Of a stretch of DNA of 51,743 nucleotides, positions 1 to 8,715 are shown in pieces. The notes below the pieces were generated by a model. It saw only the letters and a list, made by a program, of their open reading frames with translations, made no database searches and was not told the origin of the DNA. Origin of the DNA: Minisyncoccota bacterium (GTDB taxonomy: Bacteria > Patescibacteriota > Minisyncoccia > Phycocordibacterales > PALSA-1337); contig DATDZD010000016.1 in assembly GCA_036516895.1 (NCBI GenBank), positions 1-51,743 on the forward strand, read 5' to 3'. Both the position numbers and the translations under genes were made by a program. Every line of letters starts with the position of its first letter. The first letter of the stretch is position 1.

Positions 1-1
1 T

Positions 2-661
2 TTTAACTCTCAAGGAGCGCAGGGCTTTGGCGGTTTTGACTTTTCAAATTTTGCACAACAATACAGTGGACAGAACGGACAATCATTTGAATTTGACCTC
101 GGAGATATCTTTGGCGAATTTTTCGGGGGAGGAAGAAGACCTAGAAAAGGCGCGACTATCACTGTTGATGTTCAAATCACTTTCAAAGAATCAATATTTG
201 GAGTTGAAAAGGAAATTCATATAAATAAAGAGAATGGCAGAGAAAGAATCATTGTCACAATTCCAGCAGGTATAGAAAATGGACAGGGATTGAGAGTCCA
301 AGGAAAAGGTGAAGATGGTCAAGGAGGCAAAGGGGATTTGATTGTCCGCATCTGGGTAGGAGAAGATAAGGTTTTTAGAAAAGAAGGACTAAACCTAATC
401 ATGGAATTACAACTCAAACTGACGACAGCGCTTCTTGGAGCGATTATTGACCTTGACACGCTTGATGGAAAGATAGAATTAAAAATTCCAGCTGGCACCA
501 CTCATAATGAAATATTTAGGGTAAAGCAGAAGGGTGTGCCTAGAGATAGTGATAGAAGCAGAAGGGGAGATTTACTCATTGTGACAAAAGTGGATATGCC
601 AAAGAAGCTCTCAAAGAACGCGCAGAGAATTGTGGAGGAATTGAAAAGAGAAGGAATTTGA
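2..661 (+). CDS. dnaJ: DnaJ/CbpA-type co-chaperone, C-terminal part (5' end lies outside the window)
   Basis: The frame is open from nt 2 (FNSQGAQGFGGFDF..., a G/F-rich linker) into the listed ORF 290..661. It has DnaJ C-terminal beta-sandwich repeats and a tail (GDLIVRIWV, GDLLIVTKVDMPKKL). No CxxCxGxG zinc-finger repeats lie between the G/F region and the C-terminal domain. Confidence 0.8.
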   Translation, partial: FNSQGAQGFGGFDFSNFAQQYSGQNGQSFEFDLGDIFGEFFGGGRRPRKGATITVDVQITFKESIFGVEKEIHINKENGRERIIVTIPAGIENGQGLRVQGKGEDGQGGKGDLIVRIWVGEDKVFRKEGLNLIMELQLKLTTALLGAIIDLDTLDGKIELKIPAGTTHNEIFRVKQKGVPRDSDRSRRGDLLIVTKVDMPKKLSKNAQRIVEELKREGI

Positions 662-769
662 TGAATCTTGCGAAAGCTACGCTTTCTCACTCGATACCCA
701 CTCCAGAGCATACTATCCTGTTTCTTTATATAATTCTCTGTCTTTCAATGTTATGCTATTATTATTGAC

Positions 770-1723
770 ATGAAAAAGATTTTACTTACAGGAATACAGC
801 CAAGCGGAAAGGTTCATATAGGCAACTATTTTGGCACAATGAAGCAAATGGTTGATTTGCAATCTGATTATGATTGTCTCTTCATGATTGCCGATTATCA
901 CGCTTTAAATTTCATCCAAAATGCCGAACACATGAGAGATAATATATTAAATCTGGCTTTAGATTTTATAGCCATTGGCATTGATCCGAATAAATCAACC
1001 ATATTCCGACAATCTGACATCTCTGCTCATACCGAACTTGCATGGGTCTTTGATACTATCACTAGTATGCCGTATCTCATGCGAGCTCACGCTTTCAAGT
1101 CTGCAGAAGCAAAGAATAAAGAAATCAGCGTAGGCAAGTTCAATTACCCAGTCCTAATGGCGAGTGATATCTTGCTTTATGACACAGACATTGTGCCAGT
1201 CGGACAAGACCAGAAACAACATATTGAGTACACTCGCGACATTGCGGAAAAATTCAATCATACATTTAGCGAGACATTCAAACTCCCAGAAGCTCTTATT
1301 ATGAAAGATGTAGCTATTGTGCCAGGAATAGATGGCCAAAAGATGTCAAAGAGTTATGGAAACACCATCTCACTTTTTGCTGAAAGAGAAGAGATAATAA
1401 AAGCCGTAATGAGCATTGTCACAGATTCTGGTGATCCAGAAGATGGGGGTATACCTACAAATGTTTACAATATACACAAATTATTAAAATCAGAGACTGA
1501 AATAAGAGAAATATATGATAGAAATAAGGGCAAATACAAAATCTTGAAAGAAGCGCTGATAGAAGACCTTGATTCTTTCATGAAACCATTACGAGAAAAA
1601 CGAGAAAAGATTTCACAAGATAATAAGAAAATAGAAGCTATTTTAGCTAAAGGAGCTAGTAAAGCGGGAGATAGAGCTTGCAAGAAACTTTTGACAGTGA
1701 AGAAAAATATAGGCGTACTCTAA
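770..1723 (+). CDS. trpS: tryptophanyl-tRNA synthetase
   Basis: 317 aa class I aaRS. It has a HIGH-like motif (GKVHIGNY), KMSKS (QKMSKSYGN) and the typical TrpRS N-terminus (LTGIQPSG). Confidence 0.95.
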   Translation: MKKILLTGIQPSGKVHIGNYFGTMKQMVDLQSDYDCLFMIADYHALNFIQNAEHMRDNILNLALDFIAIGIDPNKSTIFRQSDISAHTELAWVFDTITSMPYLMRAHAFKSAEAKNKEISVGKFNYPVLMASDILLYDTDIVPVGQDQKQHIEYTRDIAEKFNHTFSETFKLPEALIMKDVAIVPGIDGQKMSKSYGNTISLFAEREEIIKAVMSIVTDSGDPEDGGIPTNVYNIHKLLKSETEIREIYDRNKGKYKILKEALIEDLDSFMKPLREKREKISQDNKKIEAILAKGASKAGDRACKKLLTVKKNIGVL

Positions 1724-1909
1724 ACTTTATCAAAATTTTAGAACTTTTTTATCAGAATTTTATCTCTGATGTGTATACTTTTGCCATTATTAGTAATTTT
1801 TAAAAATAATATGCAAAAAAATAAAGAGAAAAAGATGTATATGAAAAATAGCGCGCAGAAAAATATATTGAGAAGAGAAAATGTCTCAAGTAATACAAAG
1901 AGGGAGACG

Positions 1910-2386
1910 ATGAAGGAGAAAACAAGGCATAGTAGAAGAAGAGGATTCACCTTGATAGAAATTCTAGTAGTAATAGGAATCATAGCAGTATTGGCGGCAG
2001 TTGTACTTGTATCTATAAATCCAGCAAGACAATTCAAGCTCGCTCGTGATTCTCAAAGAGTAAGCAATGTCAACGCCATTCTAAATTCAATAAGTCAGAA
2101 TATTGCCGAACATAGAGGCGTCTTTACTTGCGGTACAAATCCTTTAGCTTTGCCAATTGTCCCGACTACTGTAAAAAGCGCCACATCTACAGGCGGTTTT
2201 GACCTTGCTGAATGTGTTGTGCCTATCTATATCTCATCATTACCATACGACCCAAATGCTACAGGAGCTTATTATACGGATATAAATGATTATGATACTA
2301 AGTATGTAATATATGTAGATAACGATGGAAGAGTAACAGCTAGTTCAACGGGAGAAATTACACTATCAATTTCTGTGACCAGATAA
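1910..2386 (+). CDS. type IV pilin-like protein with a prepilin N-terminal cleavage/methylation signal
   Basis: The motif MKEKTRHSRRRG|FTLIEILVVIGIIAVLAAV has G-1, F+1 and E+5 followed by a hydrophobic helix. The ATG at 1910 follows GGGAGA. The longer listed ORF from 1769 would add an implausible 47-aa leader. Confidence 0.85.
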   Translation: MKEKTRHSRRRGFTLIEILVVIGIIAVLAAVVLVSINPARQFKLARDSQRVSNVNAILNSISQNIAEHRGVFTCGTNPLALPIVPTTVKSATSTGGFDLAECVVPIYISSLPYDPNATGAYYTDINDYDTKYVIYVDNDGRVTASSTGEITLSISVTR

Positions 2387-2451
2387 CATTTTGGCTAAAT
2401 AATCTTGAGACCTTATAACGCTTATAACGCTTTCCGTATTATACTAGATGT

Positions 2452-3486
2452 ATGAGTTATAAAATTAAACGACTTATTGTTTTTTCTTTAGCTATAATAA
2501 TACTTGCTATATCTGCCAATGAAGGCAATAAAGATCCTGGGGTGAAAGGAATAGTCAAGGGATTATCAAAAGGTATCTCCAGGGAATTACATGGGAATAC
2601 GCAAAATAAAAATCCCTACTCACAAATTCCTTTGAGTATAGACCCTAAAGCTATTGACCCTGATATTTCTTATACTCCAAATCCTGAAAATATCTTTCCG
2701 AAATTAACAAAAAAGGTAATTATTCCACCACTTCGTCCTCTTATAAGCGCAGAAGCTTATCTAGTGAAAAATCTTGATACAGGAGAGATATATGCCAGTC
2801 ATAATCCTAGGAGCGTTTTTCCTATTGCTTCTTTAAGTAAACTAATTACTTCTCTCGTCGCTATTCATATTATGCAAGCCAACCAAAAGATAACTATAAC
2901 GCAAGATATGATTGATGTTATTGGCGATGCTGGACATCTGGCTACCGCAGAGACATTCAAAGTTTCGGAATTGCTATATCCGCTCCTTCTTGAATCAAGC
3001 AATGATACAGCGGAAGCGTTGGCCGTTTCCTATGGATATGAAAAATTCATAGAACAGATGAATGGCTTTACTAAAGAAATAGGCATGATATCCAGTTCTT
3101 TTAAAGACGCTTCAGGACTTAGTTCGGGAAACTTATCAAATACCGAGGACCTTTTCGTTCTCACCAAATATCTTTATCTAAATGAAAAACCTCTTCTTGA
3201 AATTACCCGCAAAGCAACAATGACTTTGGCTAGCACAACAGAACATAAAGAACATATTTGGAAAAATATAAATCCTTTTTCTCTTGACCCAAATTTCTTA
3301 GGAGGCAAGACAGGTCGCACAAATATAGCAAAAGAGAGCATGATTTCCATATTCAAATATACATATGACAATGTTTCATACCCGATAGCCGTCATAGTCC
3401 TTCGTTCAAATTTCCAAGTGCGCGAGATAGATTCTAGCGTCCTTTTTGAACAATTTTTACAGAAAGTGATAAATAGAAAACTATAG
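2452..3486 (+). CDS. D-alanyl-D-alanine carboxypeptidase (peptidase S11, low-molecular-weight PBP)
   Basis: N-terminal TM/signal segment plus SxxK (ASLSKLI), SxN (ESSND) and KTG (GKTGRT) motifs in the expected order and spacing. Confidence 0.85.
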   Translation: MSYKIKRLIVFSLAIIILAISANEGNKDPGVKGIVKGLSKGISRELHGNTQNKNPYSQIPLSIDPKAIDPDISYTPNPENIFPKLTKKVIIPPLRPLISAEAYLVKNLDTGEIYASHNPRSVFPIASLSKLITSLVAIHIMQANQKITITQDMIDVIGDAGHLATAETFKVSELLYPLLLESSNDTAEALAVSYGYEKFIEQMNGFTKEIGMISSSFKDASGLSSGNLSNTEDLFVLTKYLYLNEKPLLEITRKATMTLASTTEHKEHIWKNINPFSLDPNFLGGKTGRTNIAKESMISIFKYTYDNVSYPIAVIVLRSNFQVREIDSSVLFEQFLQKVINRKL

Positions 3487-3605
3487 TCTAATAAGATACC
3501 ATAAGTGTATTTTATCGGTTGTGGATAGCTCTATTGAATGATATTGGCTATAAGATGTATAATAGTGATAGTCGTTCAAAATTATTATTTTAATAAAAAA
3601 TTATC

Positions 3606-3827
3606 ATGAAAGGACTTCATATTGTTTCTTGGATTCTCCTTGTGATTGGAGGTCTAAATTGGCTTCTTATAGGAGTGGCGAATCTAAATGTTGTTGAGTA
3701 TTTGGGCTCCACATTGGCTACAATTGTGTATATTCTTGTCGGTCTAGCAGCTATTGTAGAAATCTTCAGCCATAAGAAAAATTGCAGTTGTTGTACATCT
3801 TCCGGAACACCTACGCAGGGAATGTAA
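3606..3827 (+). CDS. DUF378-family small membrane protein
   Basis: 73 aa with two TM helices and the DUF378-like signature ILLVIGGLNWLLIGV ... IVYILVGLAAI. Confidence 0.7.
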   Translation: MKGLHIVSWILLVIGGLNWLLIGVANLNVVEYLGSTLATIVYILVGLAAIVEIFSHKKNCSCCTSSGTPTQGM

Positions 3828-3849
3828 TCTGTCAAAAAAATGGTGAAAT

Positions 3850-3881
3850 AAAAAGAGTTTTTTGAAAGCTCTTTTTATTTT
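3850..3881. terminator. bidirectional hairpin terminator between convergent genes
   Basis: AAAAAGAG (3850-3857) pairs with CTCTTTTT (3869-3876). A/T runs lie on both sides, between the + gene ending at 3827 and the - gene ending at 3935. Confidence 0.5.
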
Positions 3882-3934
3882 GTTTGTTTAACTTTATATA
3901 TTCAAAGATAAATATATAACTCTGTATTCTGACT

Positions 3935-4672
3935 TTATATGCTAGCCAGTATGACTGCAAAATAAAGCACTATCACTCCCAATATCGTGGCTACAGAAGT
4001 CCATATTGTGGGATGACTATGATGACTTTCAGGCAAGAGGTCGCTTGCCCCAATATATAAGAAAAAACCTGCAAAAAGAGCCAAGATTATACCCAAGACA
4101 CTTTCTGGGAGAGTAAAGAATAGAGTTGAAATAATACCTAGTACTGGAGCTATGGCATCTACGATAAGCCATTTGAACGCTTGATGTTTATCTCCGTCAT
4201 TTTTGAGAATAAAATTGACAGTATTTATTCCATCAGAAAAATCATGCACGAGCACAGCCATTGTCACAATCGCTCCCACAGCGGTAGACACTTGAAAAGC
4301 TAAACCGATGGCCATACCATCTAGAAAACTATGTATAGAGAGACTGCTCGCTCCCAGCTTTCCTCTGCCCATTGAGACATTATGATTTTTGTCTTCGCTG
4401 ATTTCTTCTATAGAGTGACTATGAAATAGTATAGTCCTATCCAATATCATATATAAAATGAATCCGAGAGCAGTGATAGAAGTTATGAATGAAATATCGT
4501 AGACTCTACTGCCAAGCTCAATAGCTTCAGGTATAAGGTCAAAAAAAGCCACTCCTATAACCGCTCCGGCGCTAAAGCCGAGAATAAGATGGAGTTTGTC
4601 CCTGAATTTCAGAGCAAAAAGACCGCCTAAGAGAGTGGCGATGAAGACAAAAATACTAATTAAAATAAGCAT
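3935..4672 (-). CDS. zupT: ZIP-family divalent metal (zinc) transporter
   Basis: 245 aa polytopic membrane protein with the ZIP signatures HSFLDGMAIG and HDFSDGI. Confidence 0.85.
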   Translation of the reverse strand: MLILISIFVFIATLLGGLFALKFRDKLHLILGFSAGAVIGVAFFDLIPEAIELGSRVYDISFITSITALGFILYMILDRTILFHSHSIEEISEDKNHNVSMGRGKLGASSLSIHSFLDGMAIGLAFQVSTAVGAIVTMAVLVHDFSDGINTVNFILKNDGDKHQAFKWLIVDAIAPVLGIISTLFFTLPESVLGIILALFAGFFLYIGASDLLPESHHSHPTIWTSVATILGVIVLYFAVILASI

Positions 4673-4800
4673 GGGTCAATTATACAGAAAAATTGTGTAT
4701 AACGATAGAAATCACAGATATACAATGAGATAATCTCATGTACTAGCTATTTGTCAATACTAGTGTATACCTATGGATATAATAAAATAGACAACGAATA

Positions 4801-5607
4801 ATGAAAAGAATCAATAAAAAACTAGCGATGAGCACACTGATTATTTTAGCATTATCAATGTTGTGGATACAAACTGTATCTGCACATAAGATACCAGCTG
4901 ATTGTCTTGGTAGTGGTTTGGGAATCAATCTCTATACAAATGTCCAAAGCGCTTATATCGGTAATACCATATCTTATACCGTAGATGTATTTAATGGCAT
5001 CGGTAGTGGGCCTGTTGTCTGTAATGTTTCTAACATTCAAGCGTATATTGTTACACCTGATGGTCAATCTCATCCTATTTCTCTATTACGAACATCATTA
5101 TTAAATGGGGAAATTGATACCTACCCAAATGTCGTGACTTATACTGCAAGAGCTCAAGATGTCAAAGCTGGCAATATATTGACGGCTACAGCAAGTGATA
5201 CGGGAGATATTCATCAGAACGACACCGACAGCCAAGGAGGTGGTAATCAGGGAGTGAATGTAGAAGTCTTGACAGCTCTCGCTCCCAGCCAAACTCCTAC
5301 AGAAACCCCTATGTCAGCAGGTCCTCCTAATGCACCTACAACGCCCACGACACCTACATCCCCTACTACTCCTTCTCAAATACCACCAACAACTTCCGGT
5401 GGAGGTGGTGGAGGAGGAGGAAACAGTGTGCCATTAGTTTCGCCTACAATTATTGTTTCCCCATCAATCACTGTTCCTATTATTCCCAATCTTCCAAATA
5501 CAGGACTTCCTTTTCAAGAAAGAAATACCTTGTGGAATATTACCATATTGATTAGTATCTTTACACTAATATCCACTTTACTTGTTACAAATCTAATACG
5601 AAAATAG
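4801..5607 (+). CDS. sortase-anchored surface protein (LPXTG-type sorting signal)
   Basis: It has a signal peptide (…IQTVSAHK), a beta-rich domain, a Pro/Thr-rich stalk and a Gly8 run. LPNTG (5491-5505) is followed by a hydrophobic helix and a basic tail (IRK). Confidence 0.8.
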   Translation: MKRINKKLAMSTLIILALSMLWIQTVSAHKIPADCLGSGLGINLYTNVQSAYIGNTISYTVDVFNGIGSGPVVCNVSNIQAYIVTPDGQSHPISLLRTSLLNGEIDTYPNVVTYTARAQDVKAGNILTATASDTGDIHQNDTDSQGGGNQGVNVEVLTALAPSQTPTETPMSAGPPNAPTTPTTPTSPTTPSQIPPTTSGGGGGGGGNSVPLVSPTIIVSPSITVPIIPNLPNTGLPFQERNTLWNITILISIFTLISTLLVTNLIRK

Positions 5608-5638
5608 GTCTTAGTCTAGACATTTACATGAGCAATAA

Positions 5639-6244
5639 ATGTATTCAAAATTATTCATCCTTAATATTGTAATAATTGTATTCTCTTCAACAGTTATTTT
5701 ATTTACTGTTGAAGTAAGTTCAGCTGAACCTATCAGACTTGTTCAAAATATAACTCCTAAAGAACAAGTAAGCATTTCAACCGTACAAGAAAATCATGGT
5801 CTGCCAATACGCCTCAATATCCCAAAGATCAATATCTCTGCAGATTTAGAATATGTAAGTCTTACGCCTGATGGCGCGATGGATGTACCAAAAGGCCACT
5901 CAAATGTAGCATGGTTTCAGTTGGGTCCTCGACCCGGAGAAAAAGGAAATTCCGTCATAAATGGACATTATGGCTTGTGGGGAAATGGTGCGCGAGCGGT
6001 ATTTAATGATTTAAATAAATTACAGAAAGGAGACAAAATATATATTGAGGATGAAACGGGAAATATCGTGACTTTTGTGGTGCGCGAAATCAAGACTTAC
6101 AATAAAGATGAAAAGGTTCAGGATATCTTTGGTCCAAGTGATGAATCGCATCTGAATCTTATCACTTGTGAAGGGAATTGGAGTAAGGCGGAAAAAAGTT
6201 ATTCTGATAGACTTGTTGTGTTTTCTGATAAAAAAACAAAATGA
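5639..6244 (+). CDS. sortase (cysteine transpeptidase)
   Basis: It has an N-terminal TM anchor and a catalytic His (VINGHYG), Cys (LNLITCEG, TLxTC-like) and Arg (SDRLVVF). It lies immediately downstream of an LPNTG substrate gene. Confidence 0.85.
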   Translation: MYSKLFILNIVIIVFSSTVILFTVEVSSAEPIRLVQNITPKEQVSISTVQENHGLPIRLNIPKINISADLEYVSLTPDGAMDVPKGHSNVAWFQLGPRPGEKGNSVINGHYGLWGNGARAVFNDLNKLQKGDKIYIEDETGNIVTFVVREIKTYNKDEKVQDIFGPSDESHLNLITCEGNWSKAEKSYSDRLVVFSDKKTK

Positions 6245-6380
6245 ATGGCGGTAGTTCAGTAAAATAAATTTGATTTTATATCGTTTTTTGGTTAAAGTAC
6301 CAACAGAGTCGACTGAATCGACACAGGATAAAGCGCTGCCTTAAAGCGTATGAATAAACTGAGTATTGAAAGAAAATATC

Positions 6381-7049
6381 ATGTTTAGAACTACAAACGG
6401 TTGGATCAGTGAGTATCGAAAAAAAGATGCGCTCTGGATCCATGACGGAAACCCCAAGCGACCCCATGCACTCCTCTCATCAGGGAAACATTCAAACGGC
6501 TTCTTTAACAGTCGTTTAGTAATTCCTGACGAAGTGCTGTTGTGCAATGCCGTTTCTGATCTTCTTGAACTGTTCGCCCAGCAAGGCGGAGATGTCTCGA
6601 AAGTTCAGGGTGTTGTTGGACCACAAACTGGAGCGACCAAACTCGCCGAACTATTGAGTGATCAGGTCATGGCTTTTACCAGAAGCGAATGCTTCTGGGC
6701 TTCACCAGTAAAAAACGAGAGCGGTGGACAGAAATCCATGGTCTTCAATGATGAGGAAAAAGAACTTTTAAAAGGGCAGTATGTTCTGCCTTGTGAAGAT
6801 GTACTCACTACTGGTGGTAGTGTTGATTTAACAATTGACGCTGTTGAAATGTGTGGCGGAGCAGTTATGCCATTTATTCTCGTCTTAGTGAACCGATGCG
6901 GTCTCACGGAAGCAAACGGAAAGAAAATAATCGCACTTATCGATCATCCTATGCCAATATGGACACCTGATAAATGCCCGTTTTGCAAAGACGGCTCTAA
7001 AGCACTATGTCCGAAAGACAACTGGGCTCGTCTCAATGCGTCCTACTAA
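6381..7049 (+). CDS. type I phosphoribosyltransferase-like protein (orotate PRTase-like) with a C-terminal Cys cluster
   Basis: PRPP-binding loop VLPCEDVLTTGGS, and a C-terminal CPFCKDGSKALCP. The ATG at 6381 is preferred over the TTG at 6366. Local G+C is about 52% (line 6541-6600). Confidence 0.7.
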   Translation: MFRTTNGWISEYRKKDALWIHDGNPKRPHALLSSGKHSNGFFNSRLVIPDEVLLCNAVSDLLELFAQQGGDVSKVQGVVGPQTGATKLAELLSDQVMAFTRSECFWASPVKNESGGQKSMVFNDEEKELLKGQYVLPCEDVLTTGGSVDLTIDAVEMCGGAVMPFILVLVNRCGLTEANGKKIIALIDHPMPIWTPDKCPFCKDGSKALCPKDNWARLNASY

Positions 7050-7123
7050 AGTGAAGCTCTCAACAGACAAGAAGGGAAAGTCGGCTATGGCGTAGCCAAC
7101 ATGGAAAGTCCCAAATCAACAAT

Positions 7124-7157
7124 AGCCCAGTACCTAACCAGTGCGTGGGCTGTTTTT
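7124..7157 (+). terminator. rho-independent terminator
   Basis: AGCCCA (7124-7129) pairs with TGGGCT (7146-7151), followed by a TTTTT tract. A second hairpin, GGCTA/TAGCC, lies at 7083-7097. Confidence 0.5.
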
Positions 7158-7164
7158 ATTTAAA

Positions 7165-7560
7165 TTATTCGGTTGTCTTTCCGTCGAATTCATCAGAGAT
7201 GTTGGCTTCACCCTCTTCTTTTGTTTTATGAATAATCCCGTCTTTGTGATGCGGTGGCATGTAGAGGGTATAGAGCTTCATCTGGTCATTTCCTGTATTG
7301 ATGATGTTGTGTTTCGTACCGGCAGGAACGATGATGACACTGCCATCAGCAAGGTCATGAGAAATGTCGCTGAGGATTGCTGTACCAGTACCTTTTTCCA
7401 CTCGCAGAAACTGGTCAACATCATGCACTTCCTCCCCGATTTCCTCTCCAACAAGGAGCGACATCAAAACAAGCTGGCTGTTCTTGTCAGTGTAGAGAAT
7501 CTTTCTGAAATTAGTATTCTCAAGTGAGAGTTTTTCTATGTTTGTAACATATCCTTTCAT
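7165..7560 (-). CDS. cupin-domain protein
   Basis: 131 aa with cupin motifs (GEEIGEEVHDVDQFLRVEKG ... IIVPAGTKHNIIN). Confidence 0.8.
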   Translation of the reverse strand: MKGYVTNIEKLSLENTNFRKILYTDKNSQLVLMSLLVGEEIGEEVHDVDQFLRVEKGTGTAILSDISHDLADGSVIIVPAGTKHNIINTGNDQMKLYTLYMPPHHKDGIIHKTKEEGEANISDEFDGKTTE

Positions 7561-7589
7561 TCCGACATTATATCACGACCTCACTTCTC

Positions 7590-8066
7590 TTAGTTCAAAA
7601 TCCAAATGGAGTAATTCAGATATGAAGCGAAGCTTACCCAGAGAATGTACGGCAGAAGCAACCACATCGCTGGTTTTGAGATTTTGTAAAAGATAACCAT
7701 GGTCCAGACGATTGCCAGCCACATGAAGATGATGTTCACCAATGCCCATAGAGGACTATGTAAACCGAAGAAGATAATTGACCATACGGCATTGAGAACA
7801 AGTTGAAATAAAAATACGCCAAGTGCCTTTCGTACATCTTTATGATCCCAACCCTTCTTCCAAACCAAGAATGCAGAAATACCCATGAGCGCATAGAGAG
7901 TTGTCCAAACCGGACCGAATATCCAGCTGGGTGGGTTGAGGGTGGGCTTAGCGAGCGTTGCATACCATGTAGGGATCGCCGAAAAAGTAAAGATTGAGCC
8001 GATGATACCGGCGAGTTCGGAGATTGTGATTGTTATAATGAGTCTTATAATATTTTTTATTTCCAT
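7590..8066 (-). CDS. tspO: TspO/MBR tryptophan-rich sensory protein
   Basis: 158 aa with five TM helices and Trp-rich TspO signatures (LNPPSWIFGPVWTTLYALMG, WSIIFFG). Confidence 0.85.
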   Translation of the reverse strand: MEIKNIIRLIITITISELAGIIGSIFTFSAIPTWYATLAKPTLNPPSWIFGPVWTTLYALMGISAFLVWKKGWDHKDVRKALGVFLFQLVLNAVWSIIFFGLHSPLWALVNIIFMWLAIVWTMVIFYKISKPAMWLLLPYILWVSFASYLNYSIWILN

Positions 8067-8083
8067 ACTCTCTTAAATATAAA

Positions 8084-8386
8084 TTACTTTTTAGACGGTC
8101 CCCACTGCCAGCGTGGTTTTTCTCCTTTCTTGTAACAAATAATGATGAGAAGAGTGGTGAGTATAATAATTGGCAAAGCGAATGTGAGGAAATTACTTCC
8201 TGAGTCAGGGTTTCCAGGTACATACTCCTCTCTCATAGATACAATCGTAGAGATAAGTGCGATGTAGACAAGGATAACGAGCCATCCCTGCCACTTAACC
8301 GGTACCCATCCCCAGCCATAGAGCTTGGCTTTAAACCAGCGACCATCGGGATTATCTTTTATGTAGTTGATGTATTCCTTGATCAT
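8084..8386 (-). CDS. small membrane protein, function unknown
   Basis: 100 aa with two predicted TM helices. It is probably co-transcribed with tspO (17-nt gap). Confidence 0.5.
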   Translation of the reverse strand: MIKEYINYIKDNPDGRWFKAKLYGWGWVPVKWQGWLVILVYIALISTIVSMREEYVPGNPDSGSNFLTFALPIIILTTLLIIICYKKGEKPRWQWGPSKK

Positions 8387-8637
8387 GTAGGTAATTTTAG
8401 CACAAAAGAGCCAAAAGCGATCAGTTGAAATTCTTGCACTTCCAGTTTCTGGTCCTTGGATGAAATAAGGAATAGAGTTTATTATTATGGCTGAGGGTAA
8501 TTCTAAAGAATTCTAAAAAGTAAAGTGAGAAGGGTGTTAAATGCCCTTTCCAGTCACAAAACAAGTGAATAGTATGTTGTTTTAGCTTTCTATTCACTAA
8601 AAACAATACCAAAGAGCATAGTGCAGTACGCGAAAAA

Positions 8638-8707
8638 TCGTGAAATATCATGTTTTTAACCACATTTTCACGGTTTTGATTGACAAAGTCGTGAAAATCA
8701 CTATACT
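8638..8707 (+). promoter_or_regulatory. fic promoter with repeated TCGTGAAA operator-like motifs
   Basis: TTGACA (8680-8685), a 16-nt spacer, then TATACT (8702-8707), only 8 nt before the ATG. TCGTGAAATATCA (8638-8650) and TCGTGAAAATCA (8689-8700) are direct repeats. An inverted copy, ATTTTCACG, lies at 8664-8672. Confidence 0.4.
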
Positions 8708-8715
8708 TAGGCTAT

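Noticed and set aside
27-224. 65-aa ORF at the window start.
   Set aside because: It is out of frame with the continuous DnaJ reading frame, which is open from nt 2 and has clear homology.
662-769. T-box or other riboswitch leaders upstream of the aaRS genes (trpS here; also proS at 16662-16792, leuS at 26360-26499, alaS at 39743-39834).
   Set aside because: The leaders are only about 90-140 nt and AT-rich. They lack the conserved T-box sequence (AAnnnGGGTGGTACCGCG-like) and specifier/antiterminator architecture.
1738-2037. Minus-strand 99-aa ORF, and the long N-terminal extension (1769-1909) of the pilin ORF.
   Set aside because: Prepilin leaders are short and basic and end at G|F. The ATG at 1910 with an upstream GGGAGA gives the canonical leader. 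The antisense ORF is a hydrophobic mirror of the pilin helix region.
3846-3882. Similarity of the terminator arms here (AAATAAAAAGAG / GCTCTTTTTATTT) to the middle stem of the frr-rseP palindrome (GAAGCTCTTTTATTT / AAATAAAAGACTTC).
   Set aside because: The arms occur in the opposite (inside-out) order and are low-complexity A/T runs. This is insufficient to claim membership of the same repeat family.
4673-4800. Possible Zur/Fur-type operator (TTGTGTATAAC ... GATATACAATG) in the zupT / surface-protein divergent region.
   Set aside because: The inverted repeat is short and imperfect with an atypical 14-nt spacer. It cannot be distinguished from chance in AT-rich DNA without comparative data.
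5398-5421. The Gly8 run in the surface protein as a phase-variation (slipped-strand) tract.
   Set aside because: At the nucleotide level it is a mix of GGT and GGA codons (ggtggaggtggtggaggaggagga), not a homopolymer or a perfect short tandem repeat, so slippage is not specifically supported.
8421-8663. 80-aa minus-strand ORF in the tspO-operon / fic intergenic region.
   Set aside because: It overlaps the fic promoter and operator repeats, lacks a plausible start context or motifs, and the region is better explained as divergent regulatory DNA.
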